The notes beneath the pieces were generated by a model that saw nothing but the letters and a program-made list of their open reading frames with translations, had not been told where the DNA came from and did not search any database. A stretch of DNA of 61,859 nucleotides, counting the filler. It is 4 parts of 4 records of this genome, joined end to end, with 100 filler letters (N's around TTAATTAATTAA, not from the genome) between each part and the next. Parts side by side here need not be neighbours in the genome. Positions count along the whole stretch, not along the records: positions 1 to 29,567 come from DRR723986_2347; 3 more parts are not named here. One strand, written 5' to 3'. Shown here one piece after another: positions 1-9,333 of this stretch (the first letter of the stretch is position 1; each line of letters opens with the position of its first letter). The translations under genes and the position numbers were made by a program.

Positions 1-1134
1 GTATGTTTCCAAGGTGTGCGCAATGGCATGGGTTGAATATTTGTCCCACAGCGGCATCGCCTCATCAGGATACAATGACATGGCCATAACGGTGCGGCCA
101 GACTCAGGCATTTTCACACCCATTGCATCCCATACAAATTTTCTTGAAGACCCAAACGCAAAGTCGCGCACATTTTCGGCGGCAAAGGTCCAGGTTTTGG
201 TGTCGTCACTGCCTTCTTTTTCATTTTCCAGCGCTTCTTCGCGAGTCACAATGAAAACGGGGCGGTCGGACGTACGGGCGGTGTCTAGGCGACTGCGCTG
301 TTCTCGGGTTAGCACTTCGCGTGGGTTTTGTAGTTCGCCAGTAGAGCCTACAATATGGTCAGCAGGGACAGTGATATCCACAGTGTAATCACCGAATTCA
401 AGGGTGAATTCGCCAGTGCCAATAAATTGTTTGTGCTCCCACCCCTTCAGGTCAGTGTAGGCAGCAAGCCGCGGAAACCACTGTGATATAAAGTAGATAT
501 CGTTGCCGTCACGCTCATAGGGCTGGTAACCGCCGCGCGCACGCATGATATTGCCGTCAACAACATTGAACCACCAGTCAATTTCAAAATCAAAACTATC
601 GCCCGGCTTAAGGGGCTTGTTGAGATCAATGCGCATCATGGTGTCGCTGAGAGTATAGCTAAGGTCATCACCGCCTGATTGCACGCGGGTGAGGTTCAGT
701 CCCCATTCCTGCATTTCAGTTCGGGCCAGATATTCGAGAGTTGCATACCCCATGCGCTTTTTGGACCCTTGGCTTTGGTTCATCGCGGCAACAGAATCAG
801 AATGTTTAGAAAAACGGTTCTGGTCCAATTGAAGCCAAAGGTAAGTTAACGTGTCAGGCGAGTTGTTGGTGTAGCTTACTTTTTGGCTGCCAGTAATGAC
901 GCGCTTTTTTTCGTCAAGGCTTACGTCAATGTCATAATCAACCTTTTGTTGCCAGTAGGCGTGGCCAGGTGCGCCTGAGCCTGTGCGATAAACGTTCGGC
1001 GTTGGCAATTGTTCTTCAAGCTGCCTGAATTTGTCTTCAAACTTTCCTTTGGTTTGTTTAACCGGATCAGCCGAAACTGCCGTTAATCCAGCAGTAAAAA
1101 GAACAATACTTAAAACCGCATTTAGTGCCCGCAT
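1..1134 (-). CDS. M1-family metallopeptidase (aminopeptidase N-like, secreted); 3' end runs off the window
   Basis: Absent from the ORF track because it has no stop in the window. Manual translation from ATG 1134 gives a signal peptide (MRALNAVLSIVLFTAGLTAVSA) then family-typical segments YRTGSGAPGHAYWQQKVDY, YTNNSPDTLTYLWLQLDQN, QWFPR, GEFTLEFGDY and AENVRDFAF. The HEXXH motif lies beyond the window edge. Confidence 0.8.
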   Translation of the reverse strand, partial: MRALNAVLSIVLFTAGLTAVSADPVKQTKGKFEDKFRQLEEQLPTPNVYRTGSGAPGHAYWQQKVDYDIDVSLDEKKRVITGSQKVSYTNNSPDTLTYLWLQLDQNRFSKHSDSVAAMNQSQGSKKRMGYATLEYLARTEMQEWGLNLTRVQSGGDDLSYTLSDTMMRIDLNKPLKPGDSFDFEIDWWFNVVDGNIMRARGGYQPYERDGNDIYFISQWFPRLAAYTDLKGWEHKQFIGTGEFTLEFGDYTVDITVPADHIVGSTGELQNPREVLTREQRSRLDTARTSDRPVFIVTREEALENEKEGSDDTKTWTFAAENVRDFAFGSSRKFVWDAMGVKMPESGRTVMAMSLYPDEAMPLWDKYSTHAIAHTLETY

Positions 1135-1351
1135 GGTTAGTCCCCTGTGATCATGTATCTAAATGAATAAATATTGCGGAGAACCTATTGCAATTGTGTC
1201 AATTCAACAAGGAAATACAGACTAAACTTTAGTTGAAACCTTAGATTCGAAGGGAACAACAATACAGGTCCGTATCAGTTTCGAAATGCAGCCCCAATGA
1301 AGAATTTTTTGGCTGCATATGAAACACAGACTCATGATTATTGGATGTATA

Positions 1352-1921
1352 ATGAAAAAAATAGCGATAGCAGCCACAATTACATGCGCAATTAGCGCAT
1401 CCTTAATAGCGCAGGACAACACACCTCGCGGTCCGCAAGAGGCCTTTAGGCAACTTGATCTTAACGCCAACGGCATCGTGACCCACGAGGAATTAATGCA
1501 GGAAGCGCAAAAGAAGCTTGCAAAGTTTGACCAAGACCAAAACGGCGTTGTTGTTTTGGAGGAGCTTCCTGAAAAAATGCCGCTCCCGCCCCGCGCGCAG
1601 CGCCGCTTGGAGCATATGCAAGAAAGGGCGGAAGCACGTGCCAACGATGGTAATGACCATAATGACAGACGCGGACGCCGGATTTCACCTGAAGACTTTG
1701 CAGAGAAAATGCGCCCAACTCGTATTAAATTTATGGCCAGAATGGATAAAGACGGCAACGAGCAGCTAACTGTTGATGAAATGGCTGCCCCCATGGTCAA
1801 GCGTTTCAAGCACGCAGATATTAACGGTGACGGCGAGGTTACCACCGCTGAGCTTGAACAGTCTTTGGAACAACGTAAGCATAAACGCGACCGCAAAATG
1901 AAACAGGATCGCCGCCGCTAA
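1352..1921 (+). CDS. Secreted EF-hand calcium-binding protein
   Basis: Signal peptide MKKIAIAATITCAISASLIA and four EF-hand-like loops (DLNANGIVTHEE, DQDQNGVVVLEE, DKDGNEQLTVDE, DINGDGEVTTAE). An upstream start at 1319 is possible. Confidence 0.8.
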   Translation: MKKIAIAATITCAISASLIAQDNTPRGPQEAFRQLDLNANGIVTHEELMQEAQKKLAKFDQDQNGVVVLEELPEKMPLPPRAQRRLEHMQERAEARANDGNDHNDRRGRRISPEDFAEKMRPTRIKFMARMDKDGNEQLTVDEMAAPMVKRFKHADINGDGEVTTAELEQSLEQRKHKRDRKMKQDRRR

Positions 1922-1992
1922 ATTACTATTTACGAAGAACGACCCTCCCTGAGCCTCTCATCTGGCCATCCTATGCTTGCCCTTTTCCAAGG

Positions 1993-2025
1993 CTGGCGCT
2001 AGGGTGCGCCAGATTTTTTATTTTT
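1993..2025 (+). terminator. Rho-independent terminator after the EF-hand gene
   Basis: CTGGCGC/GCGCCAG stem followed by ATTTTTTATTTTT. Confidence 0.6.
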
Positions 2026-2060
2026 AGCTGTATAATTTGCTGTTGATAAAGGCACAAACC

Positions 2061-2948
2061 ATGTTCACGGGCTCCATACCTGCTTTAATTACTCCGTTTA
2101 CTCAAAACTTTGAGGTCGACGAAGAATGCTTTCAGAAGTTTGTTGATTGGCAAATTGGCCAAGGCTCAAGCGGCGTTGTTGCGGTGGGAACAACGGGCGA
2201 ATCTCCAACACTTAGTCACGCAGAGCATCACCGTGTGATTGAACTGTGTGTTGAAGCCACAGCGGGCAGGGTGCCAGTGATAGCAGGCACGGGTTCTAAT
2301 AACACGGCTGAGGCTGTCGCTCTCACGCGTTATGCAGAAGAGGCTGGCGCCACGGCTGCGCTCGTTGTGACACCCTATTATAATAAGCCCAGTCAAGAGG
2401 GCATGTATCAGCATTTCAAAGCCATTCATGATGCCTCAGGTCTGCCGATTATAATTTACAATATCCCTGGTCGTTCTGTGGTTGACATGTCGATTGCTAC
2501 AATGGCGCGTTTGTTTGAACTGCCCAGAATTATTGGTGTTAAAGATGCGACGGGTGACCTAGATCGCTGCGCTGGCCAGCGGGCCGCTATGGGTACAGAC
2601 TTTGTTCAGCTTTCAGGCGAAGACGCAACCGCCGTTGGGTTTAATGCCATGGGCGGCGTTGGTTGTATCTCGGTTACGGCTAATGTTGCCCCTAAATTGT
2701 GCGCTGAAATGCAGCAGGCCTGCACTGAAGGCGATTACGCCAAGGCATTAGAGTTAAATGACCTTCTCATGCCCTTGCACCGCGCCATGTTCATGGAACC
2801 CAGTCCAGCCCCGGCAAAATATGCGGCCAGCCTGATAGGCATTTGCGAAGAAAATGTGCGCTTGCCCATTTTGCCTGTGACGGAGGAAGCCCGTCCCATC
2901 ATCGCATCAGCGGTTTATAATGCGGGGCTTGGTCCAACTGGGCTTTGA
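2061..2948 (+). CDS. dapA: 4-hydroxy-tetrahydrodipicolinate synthase
   Basis: [30 protein letters not shown], Schiff-base GVKDATG; adjacent to smpB as usual in alphaproteobacteria. Confidence 0.96.
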   Translation: MFTGSIPALITPFTQNFEVDEECFQKFVDWQIGQGSSGVVAVGTTGESPTLSHAEHHRVIELCVEATAGRVPVIAGTGSNNTAEAVALTRYAEEAGATAALVVTPYYNKPSQEGMYQHFKAIHDASGLPIIIYNIPGRSVVDMSIATMARLFELPRIIGVKDATGDLDRCAGQRAAMGTDFVQLSGEDATAVGFNAMGGVGCISVTANVAPKLCAEMQQACTEGDYAKALELNDLLMPLHRAMFMEPSPAPAKYAASLIGICEENVRLPILPVTEEARPIIASAVYNAGLGPTGL

Positions 2949-2957
2949 TACACTGAG

Positions 2958-3443
2958 ATGGCACCTAAAAAGAAAAAAGAAAAAGGCCCACCGTCTCGTA
3001 TTGCTGCAGACAACCGCAAGGCTCGGTATCTCTATTTCATTGAAGACGAGTTTGAGGCAGGCCTTATGCTGACCGGCACTGAGGTAAAGTCGCTCAGGGA
3101 TGGTCAGGCCAATATTAAAGAGAGCTATGCCGAAGAAAAAAACGGCGAGCTATGGCTCATTAACGCTTATATTCCTGAGTTTTCGCACGGTAATAGGTTT
3201 AACCATCAGCCAAGGCGCCCTCGAAAACTGTTGATGCATGCACGTGAAATCTCGCGGTTAGGCGGTGCTGTTCAGAAAGGCGGCATGTCGTTGGTGCCAC
3301 TTAAAATTTACTTTAACGATCAGGGCAGGGCGAAAGTAGAGCTGGGCTTGGGTAAGGGTAAAAAGCTGCATGACAAGCGCGAAACTACCAAACAGCGGGA
3401 CTGGCAGCGCCAGAAAGCCCGATTGATGAAAGATCACGCTTAA
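2958..3443 (+). CDS. smpB: SsrA-binding protein
   Basis: [38 protein letters not shown]. Confidence 0.98.
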   Translation: MAPKKKKEKGPPSRIAADNRKARYLYFIEDEFEAGLMLTGTEVKSLRDGQANIKESYAEEKNGELWLINAYIPEFSHGNRFNHQPRRPRKLLMHAREISRLGGAVQKGGMSLVPLKIYFNDQGRAKVELGLGKGKKLHDKRETTKQRDWQRQKARLMKDHA

Positions 3444-3484
3444 CGCATGGCTGCATATATGTATTTGGATTTAGGCGGCATAAA

Positions 3485-3512
3485 TTGACAGATTAACGCA
3501 ACTGTGTATCTA
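3485..3512 (+). promoter_or_regulatory. Possible sigma70 promoter for the glycosylation cassette
   Basis: Perfect TTGACA at 3485-3490 and TATCTA 16 nt downstream, about 35 nt before the ATG at 3547. Confidence 0.35.
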
Positions 3513-3546
3513 ATTTTAGTGTCGATAATCCTGTTTTTGGTTTTTT

Positions 3547-4980
3547 ATGCCCAATATTTATGTTGATCTTGATGGTACTTTGGTTCGGAACGATTTGTTT
3601 CTGGAAGCGCTCGTCAAGTATATCAAAAAAAAGCCTCTCAGGCTTTTTTCTATTTTGCTGATACTGTTTCGCGGTATTGCCCACACCAAGGAATGGATTG
3701 GTGAACAGGTAGAAGTCGAGGTTAATACCTTGTTATTTACGCAAGAGCTTTTGACGTATCTGAATGAAAGACGCAATGAGGGCCACAAAATAATTTTGGC
3801 AACTGCTGCCCCGCGCCATTATGCAGAAAAAGTTGCGACGCATTTAAGCATTTTTGATGGTGTAATTGCCTCTGATGCGTCTGCAAACATGAAAGGCAAA
3901 AATAAACTTGAAGCAATAATTGACCATTGCGGTTCAGAAAATTTTTGGTACGCAGGTGATTCAAGTGTCGACCGTCCAATATGGGAAAAAGCTGCGGGCT
4001 GTATATTTGTCAATGCACCCAAAAAAGATGTTTCTAGAGCAAAGAAGCAAGGCAAAAGTCAATTCGTTATTGCCGATACACAAGGGCAGGGGCGTGCTTT
4101 CATCAAAGAAATGCGCGTCTATCAATATGTTAAAAACTTTTTGATTTTCATTCCGTTGTTACTGGCACATCAATACCTGCAGATTGATGTGGTTACCGAC
4201 TCTATTTTAGCCTTTGTCAGCTTCAGTTTATGTGCGTCAGGGGTTTATTTTCTAAATGACTTATTCGATCTGGAAGATGACAGAAAGAATAGCTTCAAAA
4301 AGAATAGACCACTTGCTAGCGGGGACCTATCAATTGCTAATGGCATTGTAGGTAGCATTATTCTGCCTTTGATCGCATTTTTATTCGCGTATGTGCTGCT
4401 CCCCTTCGCTTTTTGTATTGTTCTCTTTGTTTATTACTGTCTAACGCTTGTGTATTCGTCTTATTTGAAGAGGGTATCAACGGCAGATGTTATGACGCTT
4501 GCGCTCTTGTTTACCATCCGGATTGTAGCAGGCATAACCGCAACTGGAATTGCCTTGTCATCTTGGCTACTTGCTTTTTCCATTTTTATTTTTGCAAGTC
4601 TTGGTTATCTGAAGCGTTATATCGAAATTCAGGGTATGGGAGATGGAAAAAGGAATGAAGGAAGAGGGTATTCCTTTGATGACTCTGAAACAATGTTTAG
4701 CCTTGGAACAGGTACAATTATTGGCTCGGTTTTAATATTAACCCTTTTTGTAAATAGCCAAGAAGTTAAAGTTAATTATGGTTTCCCTGAATTACTCTTA
4801 GGGCTTTCTTTTCTGCTTTTATACTGGGGGAACCGAATTTGGTTGGGCGCACGACGGCAAAAAATTCATGAAGATCCAATAGTTTTCGCCATTAAAGATA
4901 ATGTGAGCCGAATGATTGGTGTTGCAGCCATAGGCATTGTTTTGTTAGCGAAATATTCAGACCCTTTTTTGGGTTTGTAG
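3547..4980 (+). CDS. HAD-phosphatase / UbiA-family prenyltransferase fusion (polyprenyl-phosphate phosphoribosyltransferase, Rv3806c/NoeC-like)
   Basis: N-terminal HAD motif I (VDLDGTL) and YAGDS; C-terminal UbiA motifs RVYQYVKN and YFLNDLFDLEDDRKNSFKKNRPLASG; several transmembrane helices. Confidence 0.88.
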   Translation: MPNIYVDLDGTLVRNDLFLEALVKYIKKKPLRLFSILLILFRGIAHTKEWIGEQVEVEVNTLLFTQELLTYLNERRNEGHKIILATAAPRHYAEKVATHLSIFDGVIASDASANMKGKNKLEAIIDHCGSENFWYAGDSSVDRPIWEKAAGCIFVNAPKKDVSRAKKQGKSQFVIADTQGQGRAFIKEMRVYQYVKNFLIFIPLLLAHQYLQIDVVTDSILAFVSFSLCASGVYFLNDLFDLEDDRKNSFKKNRPLASGDLSIANGIVGSIILPLIAFLFAYVLLPFAFCIVLFVYYCLTLVYSSYLKRVSTADVMTLALLFTIRIVAGITATGIALSSWLLAFSIFIFASLGYLKRYIEIQGMGDGKRNEGRGYSFDDSETMFSLGTGTIIGSVLILTLFVNSQEVKVNYGFPELLLGLSFLLLYWGNRIWLGARRQKIHEDPIVFAIKDNVSRMIGVAAIGIVLLAKYSDPFLGL

Positions 4981-4997
4981 TTAGTTGAATATAGGCA

Positions 4998-5399
4998 ATG
5001 CTAGTTATAAAATACGTTTGTTTTGCGGCCTTTGCGACGGGGGTCAATCTTCTTACACAGTTTATCTGTCTGAGTTTGTATCAAGGTATATTTTTCATTT
5101 TCTTTGCCATGGGTTGCGGAACCCTTACCGGGCTTATTGCAAAATATATCCTCGATAAAAAATTCATTTTTTATGTAGAACACTCAACAAAACGTAAAGA
5201 CCTTAAGTCTTTTCTCCAATATTCACTGACTGGTGTCGTGACCACTTCAATATTTTGGTTCACGGAATTACTTTTTGATTACCTTTTTCAATGGCAGGGT
5301 GCTTTATATTTTGGTGCAGCCGTTGGTCTTGCTATTGGTTATTCACTCAAGTATTTCTTGGATAAGAAATTCGTGTTTACGCCAGAGGGTGAAAGCTAG
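4998..5399 (+). CDS. GtrA-family membrane protein (putative lipid-linked sugar flippase)
   Basis: 133 aa, four transmembrane segments, duplicated KYxLDKKFxF motif typical of GtrA-like proteins; cassette context. Confidence 0.85.
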   Translation: MLVIKYVCFAAFATGVNLLTQFICLSLYQGIFFIFFAMGCGTLTGLIAKYILDKKFIFYVEHSTKRKDLKSFLQYSLTGVVTTSIFWFTELLFDYLFQWQGALYFGAAVGLAIGYSLKYFLDKKFVFTPEGES

Positions 5400-5464
5400 G
5401 TGTGTGTCACTATAAATCTTCCTCATTCACTTTGTGCTATTTGCCTTGGTGTTTGTAGCGTCAA

Positions 5465-6787
5465 ATGAGTAAGCCAAGCCTTATAATGAAACACGGTTGG
5501 GGAAAGTTTCCTAAAATTGCCTGTGTAGCTGATCATAAAGCTGGTCTTGATGCTTGCAATGTTTCCGCCATTATTAATTCTTCCGATACTCTGATTCCTG
5601 CCGGAAACCATAGAAGTTATGGTGATAGTGCTTTGGCTGACACTATTTTAGATATGAGAAGCCGGAATCTTTTTTTAAACTTTGACGATGAAACAGGTGT
5701 TCTACGAACCCAGGCTGGGGTGCTTTTAGCTGACATTGTAAGCGTCATGGTGCCTAGAGGCTGGTTTCTAAAGGTTGTGCCCGGTACAAAGTTAATCACA
5801 GTTGGCGGCGCGATAGCGAGCGATGTTCACGGCAAAAACCACCACATTGATGGTTGCTTTAGTGAGTGTTTGAAATCACTGAATTTGATGGGGCCTGATG
5901 GTAAAATTATATCCTGCAGTCGCGAGCAAAACCAAAGTTTGTTTCATGCTACTTGCGGCGGTATGGGGCTGACCGGGGTTATTTTGGACGCCACATTTCA
6001 ACTAAAACCCATTCGGTCGCAATCTATTGAACAAGTCACGATCAAAACTGATAATTTGGCCGAAACTTTCAAAACTTTCGATGCCAACCGATCAGCTCCT
6101 TATTCTGTGGCTTGGATAGATTGCCTAGCAAAAGGCCGTAAAATGGGGCGCTCGCTTTTTTCTAGAGGCGATTTTATGGTCGATGATGACTTAAACTATA
6201 AGATAAAAAAAGTTACAAATGTTCCATTCAATTTGCCTTCATTTTTCCTTAATAAGCGGTCGATGAAAGTATTTAACTTTTTGTATTATAACCGCTTTTT
6301 TAAACGCGTATCGCATCAGAAAGTCAATTTAGATGAGTTTTTTTTCCCTCTGGATAAGTTAAAAAACTGGAATCGCATATATGGGAAGGCGGGCTTTGTT
6401 CAATATCAATTCATCCTTCCACTTGAAACCAGTTACACCGGCATAAAAGAAAGCCTTGATAAAATAACAGACTCTGGTTTGAGTTCTTTTCTCGCTGTGT
6501 TGAAGTTATATGGCCCCGAAAATAGTAATTATTTGTCTTTCCCTTTGGAAGGCTACAGTTTAGCCGTTGATTTCAAAATGTGTCCCAAGTTGGAGGGCCT
6601 ATTAATTGAATTAGACACGATCATTACAAAATATGGCGGCCGGCTTTATTTGGCTAAGGATGCAAGAATGCCAAAGGCCATGATGGAAAGTGGTTACAAA
6701 AAATTATCAGATTTTCGAAGCATAAGACGTCAATATCAACTGGATAAAAAATTTATGTCTATGCAGTCCAAAAGGTTAGATATTTAA
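5465..6787 (+). CDS. FAD-dependent oxidase, DprE1-like (polyprenylphosphoryl-ribose 2'-oxidase)
   Basis: RSYGD, PGTKLITVGGAIASDVHGKNHH, GGMGLTGVI, SFLAVLKLYG and GGRLYLAKD match DprE1 motifs. Confidence 0.9.
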   Translation: MSKPSLIMKHGWGKFPKIACVADHKAGLDACNVSAIINSSDTLIPAGNHRSYGDSALADTILDMRSRNLFLNFDDETGVLRTQAGVLLADIVSVMVPRGWFLKVVPGTKLITVGGAIASDVHGKNHHIDGCFSECLKSLNLMGPDGKIISCSREQNQSLFHATCGGMGLTGVILDATFQLKPIRSQSIEQVTIKTDNLAETFKTFDANRSAPYSVAWIDCLAKGRKMGRSLFSRGDFMVDDDLNYKIKKVTNVPFNLPSFFLNKRSMKVFNFLYYNRFFKRVSHQKVNLDEFFFPLDKLKNWNRIYGKAGFVQYQFILPLETSYTGIKESLDKITDSGLSSFLAVLKLYGPENSNYLSFPLEGYSLAVDFKMCPKLEGLLIELDTIITKYGGRLYLAKDARMPKAMMESGYKKLSDFRSIRRQYQLDKKFMSMQSKRLDI

Positions 6788-6788
6788 A

Positions 6789-7520
6789 ATGCCTCATGTC
6801 CTCATTTTAGGTGCCAAGAGTGATATTGCCGTAGCCATAGCAAGACAATATGCGGCGCAGGGTTATGACATTATTTTAGCTGCACGAGAGGCTAAAGGCC
6901 TTGAAAGTGTTGCAGCGGATATAACAATTCGGCACCAGCAGTCAGTTCAATGTATAGAATTTGATGTGCTCGCTGCAGAAACTTATGAGAAGGTTATTGA
7001 TGCATTACCAATGCCATTAGCAGGTGTCATCTCGGTCATAGGTTATATGGGTGATCAGATAAGTAACCAAAATGATCGCTTAGAAGCTACAAAAGTTATT
7101 GCCACAAACCATTCTGCAGTCGCCGCCTTTCTCGAGATTATTGCTCAAAAAATGGAGGCTAGTGGTGCAGGGTTTATTGTTGGAGTTAGCTCGGTTGCGG
7201 GAGATAGAGGCCGCAAAAGCAATTATGTGTATGGTGCAGCTAAAGCGGCGTTCTCAGCCTATCTTTCTGGCTTGCGAAATCGATTGCACTCGTCTGGTGT
7301 TCACGTACTAACGGTTAAACCGGGCTTTGTGAAAACCAAAATGACGGATGGGATGCAGTTGCCTAAATTGTTGACCGCAAGCCCGGAGAGGGTCGCCAAG
7401 GATATATTTCATGCGCAACAAAAAGGTAAGTCAGTTATTTATTCTGGGTGGTACTGGAGGTGGATCATGCTGATTATTAAACTGATACCGGAGAGTATTT
7501 TCAAAAAGCTGAATTTATGA
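6789..7520 (+). CDS. SDR oxidoreductase, DprE2-like
   Basis: ILGAKSDIA, SSVAGDRGRKSNYVYGAAKA (YxxxK) and VKPGFVKTKMT; directly follows the DprE1-like gene. Confidence 0.88.
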   Translation: MPHVLILGAKSDIAVAIARQYAAQGYDIILAAREAKGLESVAADITIRHQQSVQCIEFDVLAAETYEKVIDALPMPLAGVISVIGYMGDQISNQNDRLEATKVIATNHSAVAAFLEIIAQKMEASGAGFIVGVSSVAGDRGRKSNYVYGAAKAAFSAYLSGLRNRLHSSGVHVLTVKPGFVKTKMTDGMQLPKLLTASPERVAKDIFHAQQKGKSVIYSGWYWRWIMLIIKLIPESIFKKLNL

Positions 7521-9178
7521 CCTTTACTATCACGGAAAATAAACAGCCGAAGGTCTTTTCGTTGCTCTTCGGGCTGGTGTTCTTTGCCTATAGCTTATGG
7601 GTGCTGTTAAAGGGCCACTTTCACGAAGATGCCTATATCCTGTTTGTGTATGTTGAAAATATACTTAATGGGCAAGGAATAACGTTTTACCCTGGTGGCC
7701 CCCCCACCGAAGGGGCGACAGATTTTTTGTGGCTGATGCTGTTGGTTTTTTTGGGGTATTGCGGACTTAACGTTGGTTTGGCTGTAGTACTGCTGAATAC
7801 TATCTCTGTCACGGTAATCTGTTACATTTTGTATAAGACAGTCGATGAGTATACTCAAGAAACCAAAAGCTATTATGGTTTGCTCTACCTGTTGGCTTTT
7901 TTGTGGGTAGGTTTTCCGCCTTTTTATGCAGCCATTGGTGGCTTTAGTGTCTATCTCTATATGGCAACAATTCTAGTTTGCTTTATGACAGTTCATACGG
8001 GCAAGCATTTTCAGTACACGCCTTATATTGCTCTAGTTATCGCACTGCTTAGGCCGGATGGAGTTATAATTGGTACTGGTTTTGTTGCTGTTGGTATATT
8101 TCAGGCCCATCAAGCAAATGAATTGAAACGCTATCTGAGCAATATGATATTACCGCTTGTTATTGCAGTTGCTTATTTCCTGTGGCGTTACATTTATTTT
8201 GATCTTTTGTTGCCTTTGCCACTTTATGTAAAAAGTGTCGGTGGACAGGCTAACGGATTATCAGCGAATTTTTCTTGGATGTTGCGGCACATATATTTGC
8301 TTTTGCCTGCAGTATTTTTAGTATTCTATAATAAGTCAGCTAAGCGATACTTGGGTATGCTATTGCCCGGCTTTTTACTGTTTTTCGCACTTTCATTTGC
8401 CACACAGTCGCAAAATGTTGGGTTCAGATTTCAAGGGCCAATTTTCATTCTCGTTTACTATATTTTTGTGGTTTCAGTCCTTAATTACCTATCGGGTGAT
8501 CGAAGGATGAAAGTCATAGATATGGCCTTGGCTGTTACGATGATTGGTGTCACCTTTTTGGGAACGTACGATATTGTTACGACCTCAAAAAGTATTACAA
8601 GATTCTATTATATGAATAGCTTTCCACAAACCCTGAATACACTGTTGCCGCGTGATAGTAAAATAGCGCTCACTGAAGCAGGTCGGCTCGCCTATTGGAC
8701 TCAGCCAAATGATCCCCAAATAATGGATGTTGTTGGCCTAAATAGTGAATTACCGGCCATAACGGATGTTACAATTGAAAATATTGAGGAATTCTCTCCT
8801 GATCTAATCATGTTTCATCGGGCCGAAGCGTCTACTATTGGTAACATTGAGACATACCAAGGCAAAAATGTTGTTCGGTTATCCGTTAGCGATATAGGTA
8901 TGATTGAACAAAAACAATCGAATATGTCCGTTGGTATAGGGGGTAGAAGTAAAGTAAGTCATGCTGCCATCATATTATTGGACTTTATAAAAAAACACAG
9001 TGCCTACTATGACGTGTATCTCGTTGATTTTGGCCGAAGTCGGGAGTTTGCACATATGTATGCCATTAGAAAAAGCCTTGATTCAGATCACAAGATGAAC
9101 AAGTTATTGCTAGAAAGTTTTGATCAAACTCAGGCACTTTCATTTATGCAGATGCTAGAGAGAAAGGCGGCTGAATAG
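7517..9178 (+). CDS. Multi-pass membrane GT-C glycosyltransferase, AftB-like (putative pentofuranosyltransferase)
   Basis: First loop HEDAYILFVYVENILNGQGITFYPGGPPTEGATDFLW, LLRPDG, YFLWRYIYF...PLPLYVK and C-terminal periplasmic EAGRLAY / DVVGLNS; ATGA overlap with the SDR gene. Confidence 0.72.
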   Translation: MTFTITENKQPKVFSLLFGLVFFAYSLWVLLKGHFHEDAYILFVYVENILNGQGITFYPGGPPTEGATDFLWLMLLVFLGYCGLNVGLAVVLLNTISVTVICYILYKTVDEYTQETKSYYGLLYLLAFLWVGFPPFYAAIGGFSVYLYMATILVCFMTVHTGKHFQYTPYIALVIALLRPDGVIIGTGFVAVGIFQAHQANELKRYLSNMILPLVIAVAYFLWRYIYFDLLLPLPLYVKSVGGQANGLSANFSWMLRHIYLLLPAVFLVFYNKSAKRYLGMLLPGFLLFFALSFATQSQNVGFRFQGPIFILVYYIFVVSVLNYLSGDRRMKVIDMALAVTMIGVTFLGTYDIVTTSKSITRFYYMNSFPQTLNTLLPRDSKIALTEAGRLAYWTQPNDPQIMDVVGLNSELPAITDVTIENIEEFSPDLIMFHRAEASTIGNIETYQGKNVVRLSVSDIGMIEQKQSNMSVGIGGRSKVSHAAIILLDFIKKHSAYYDVYLVDFGRSREFAHMYAIRKSLDSDHKMNKLLLESFDQTQALSFMQMLERKAAE

Positions 9179-9255
9179 GGCGCGAACTGCCAGCCTGTAT
9201 AGAACGGAAAGCATTAGGGGTGATGCTTGTTTCTCAATGGAATATAACTTGTTCT

Positions 9256-9270
9256 TAAGAATGACTTGCA
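9256..9270 (+). promoter_or_regulatory. Putative Fur-type iron box
   Basis: TAAGAATGACTTGCA resembles the TGAGAATnATTyGCA-type box; about 65 nt upstream of a TonB-dependent siderophore receptor. Confidence 0.4.
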
Positions 9271-9333
9271 AATGAAAAATGTCGGTGTTAAACCGGCTTA
9301 CTTTTTAATAACCATTCTTAGTAAGCAGGGTAC

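Noticed and set aside
14-629. Short ORFs listed in the track at the window start
   Set aside because: They overlap the real minus-strand M1 peptidase (1-1134) that the track missed
1222-1896. 224-aa minus-strand ORF
   Set aside because: Antisense to the EF-hand gene; Ser-rich shadow
3440-3500. TTAACGCA repeated at the smpB stop and at 3493 as a possible att site
   Set aside because: Only 8 bp, both copies on the same side of the cassette, and no matching copy seen at the far end
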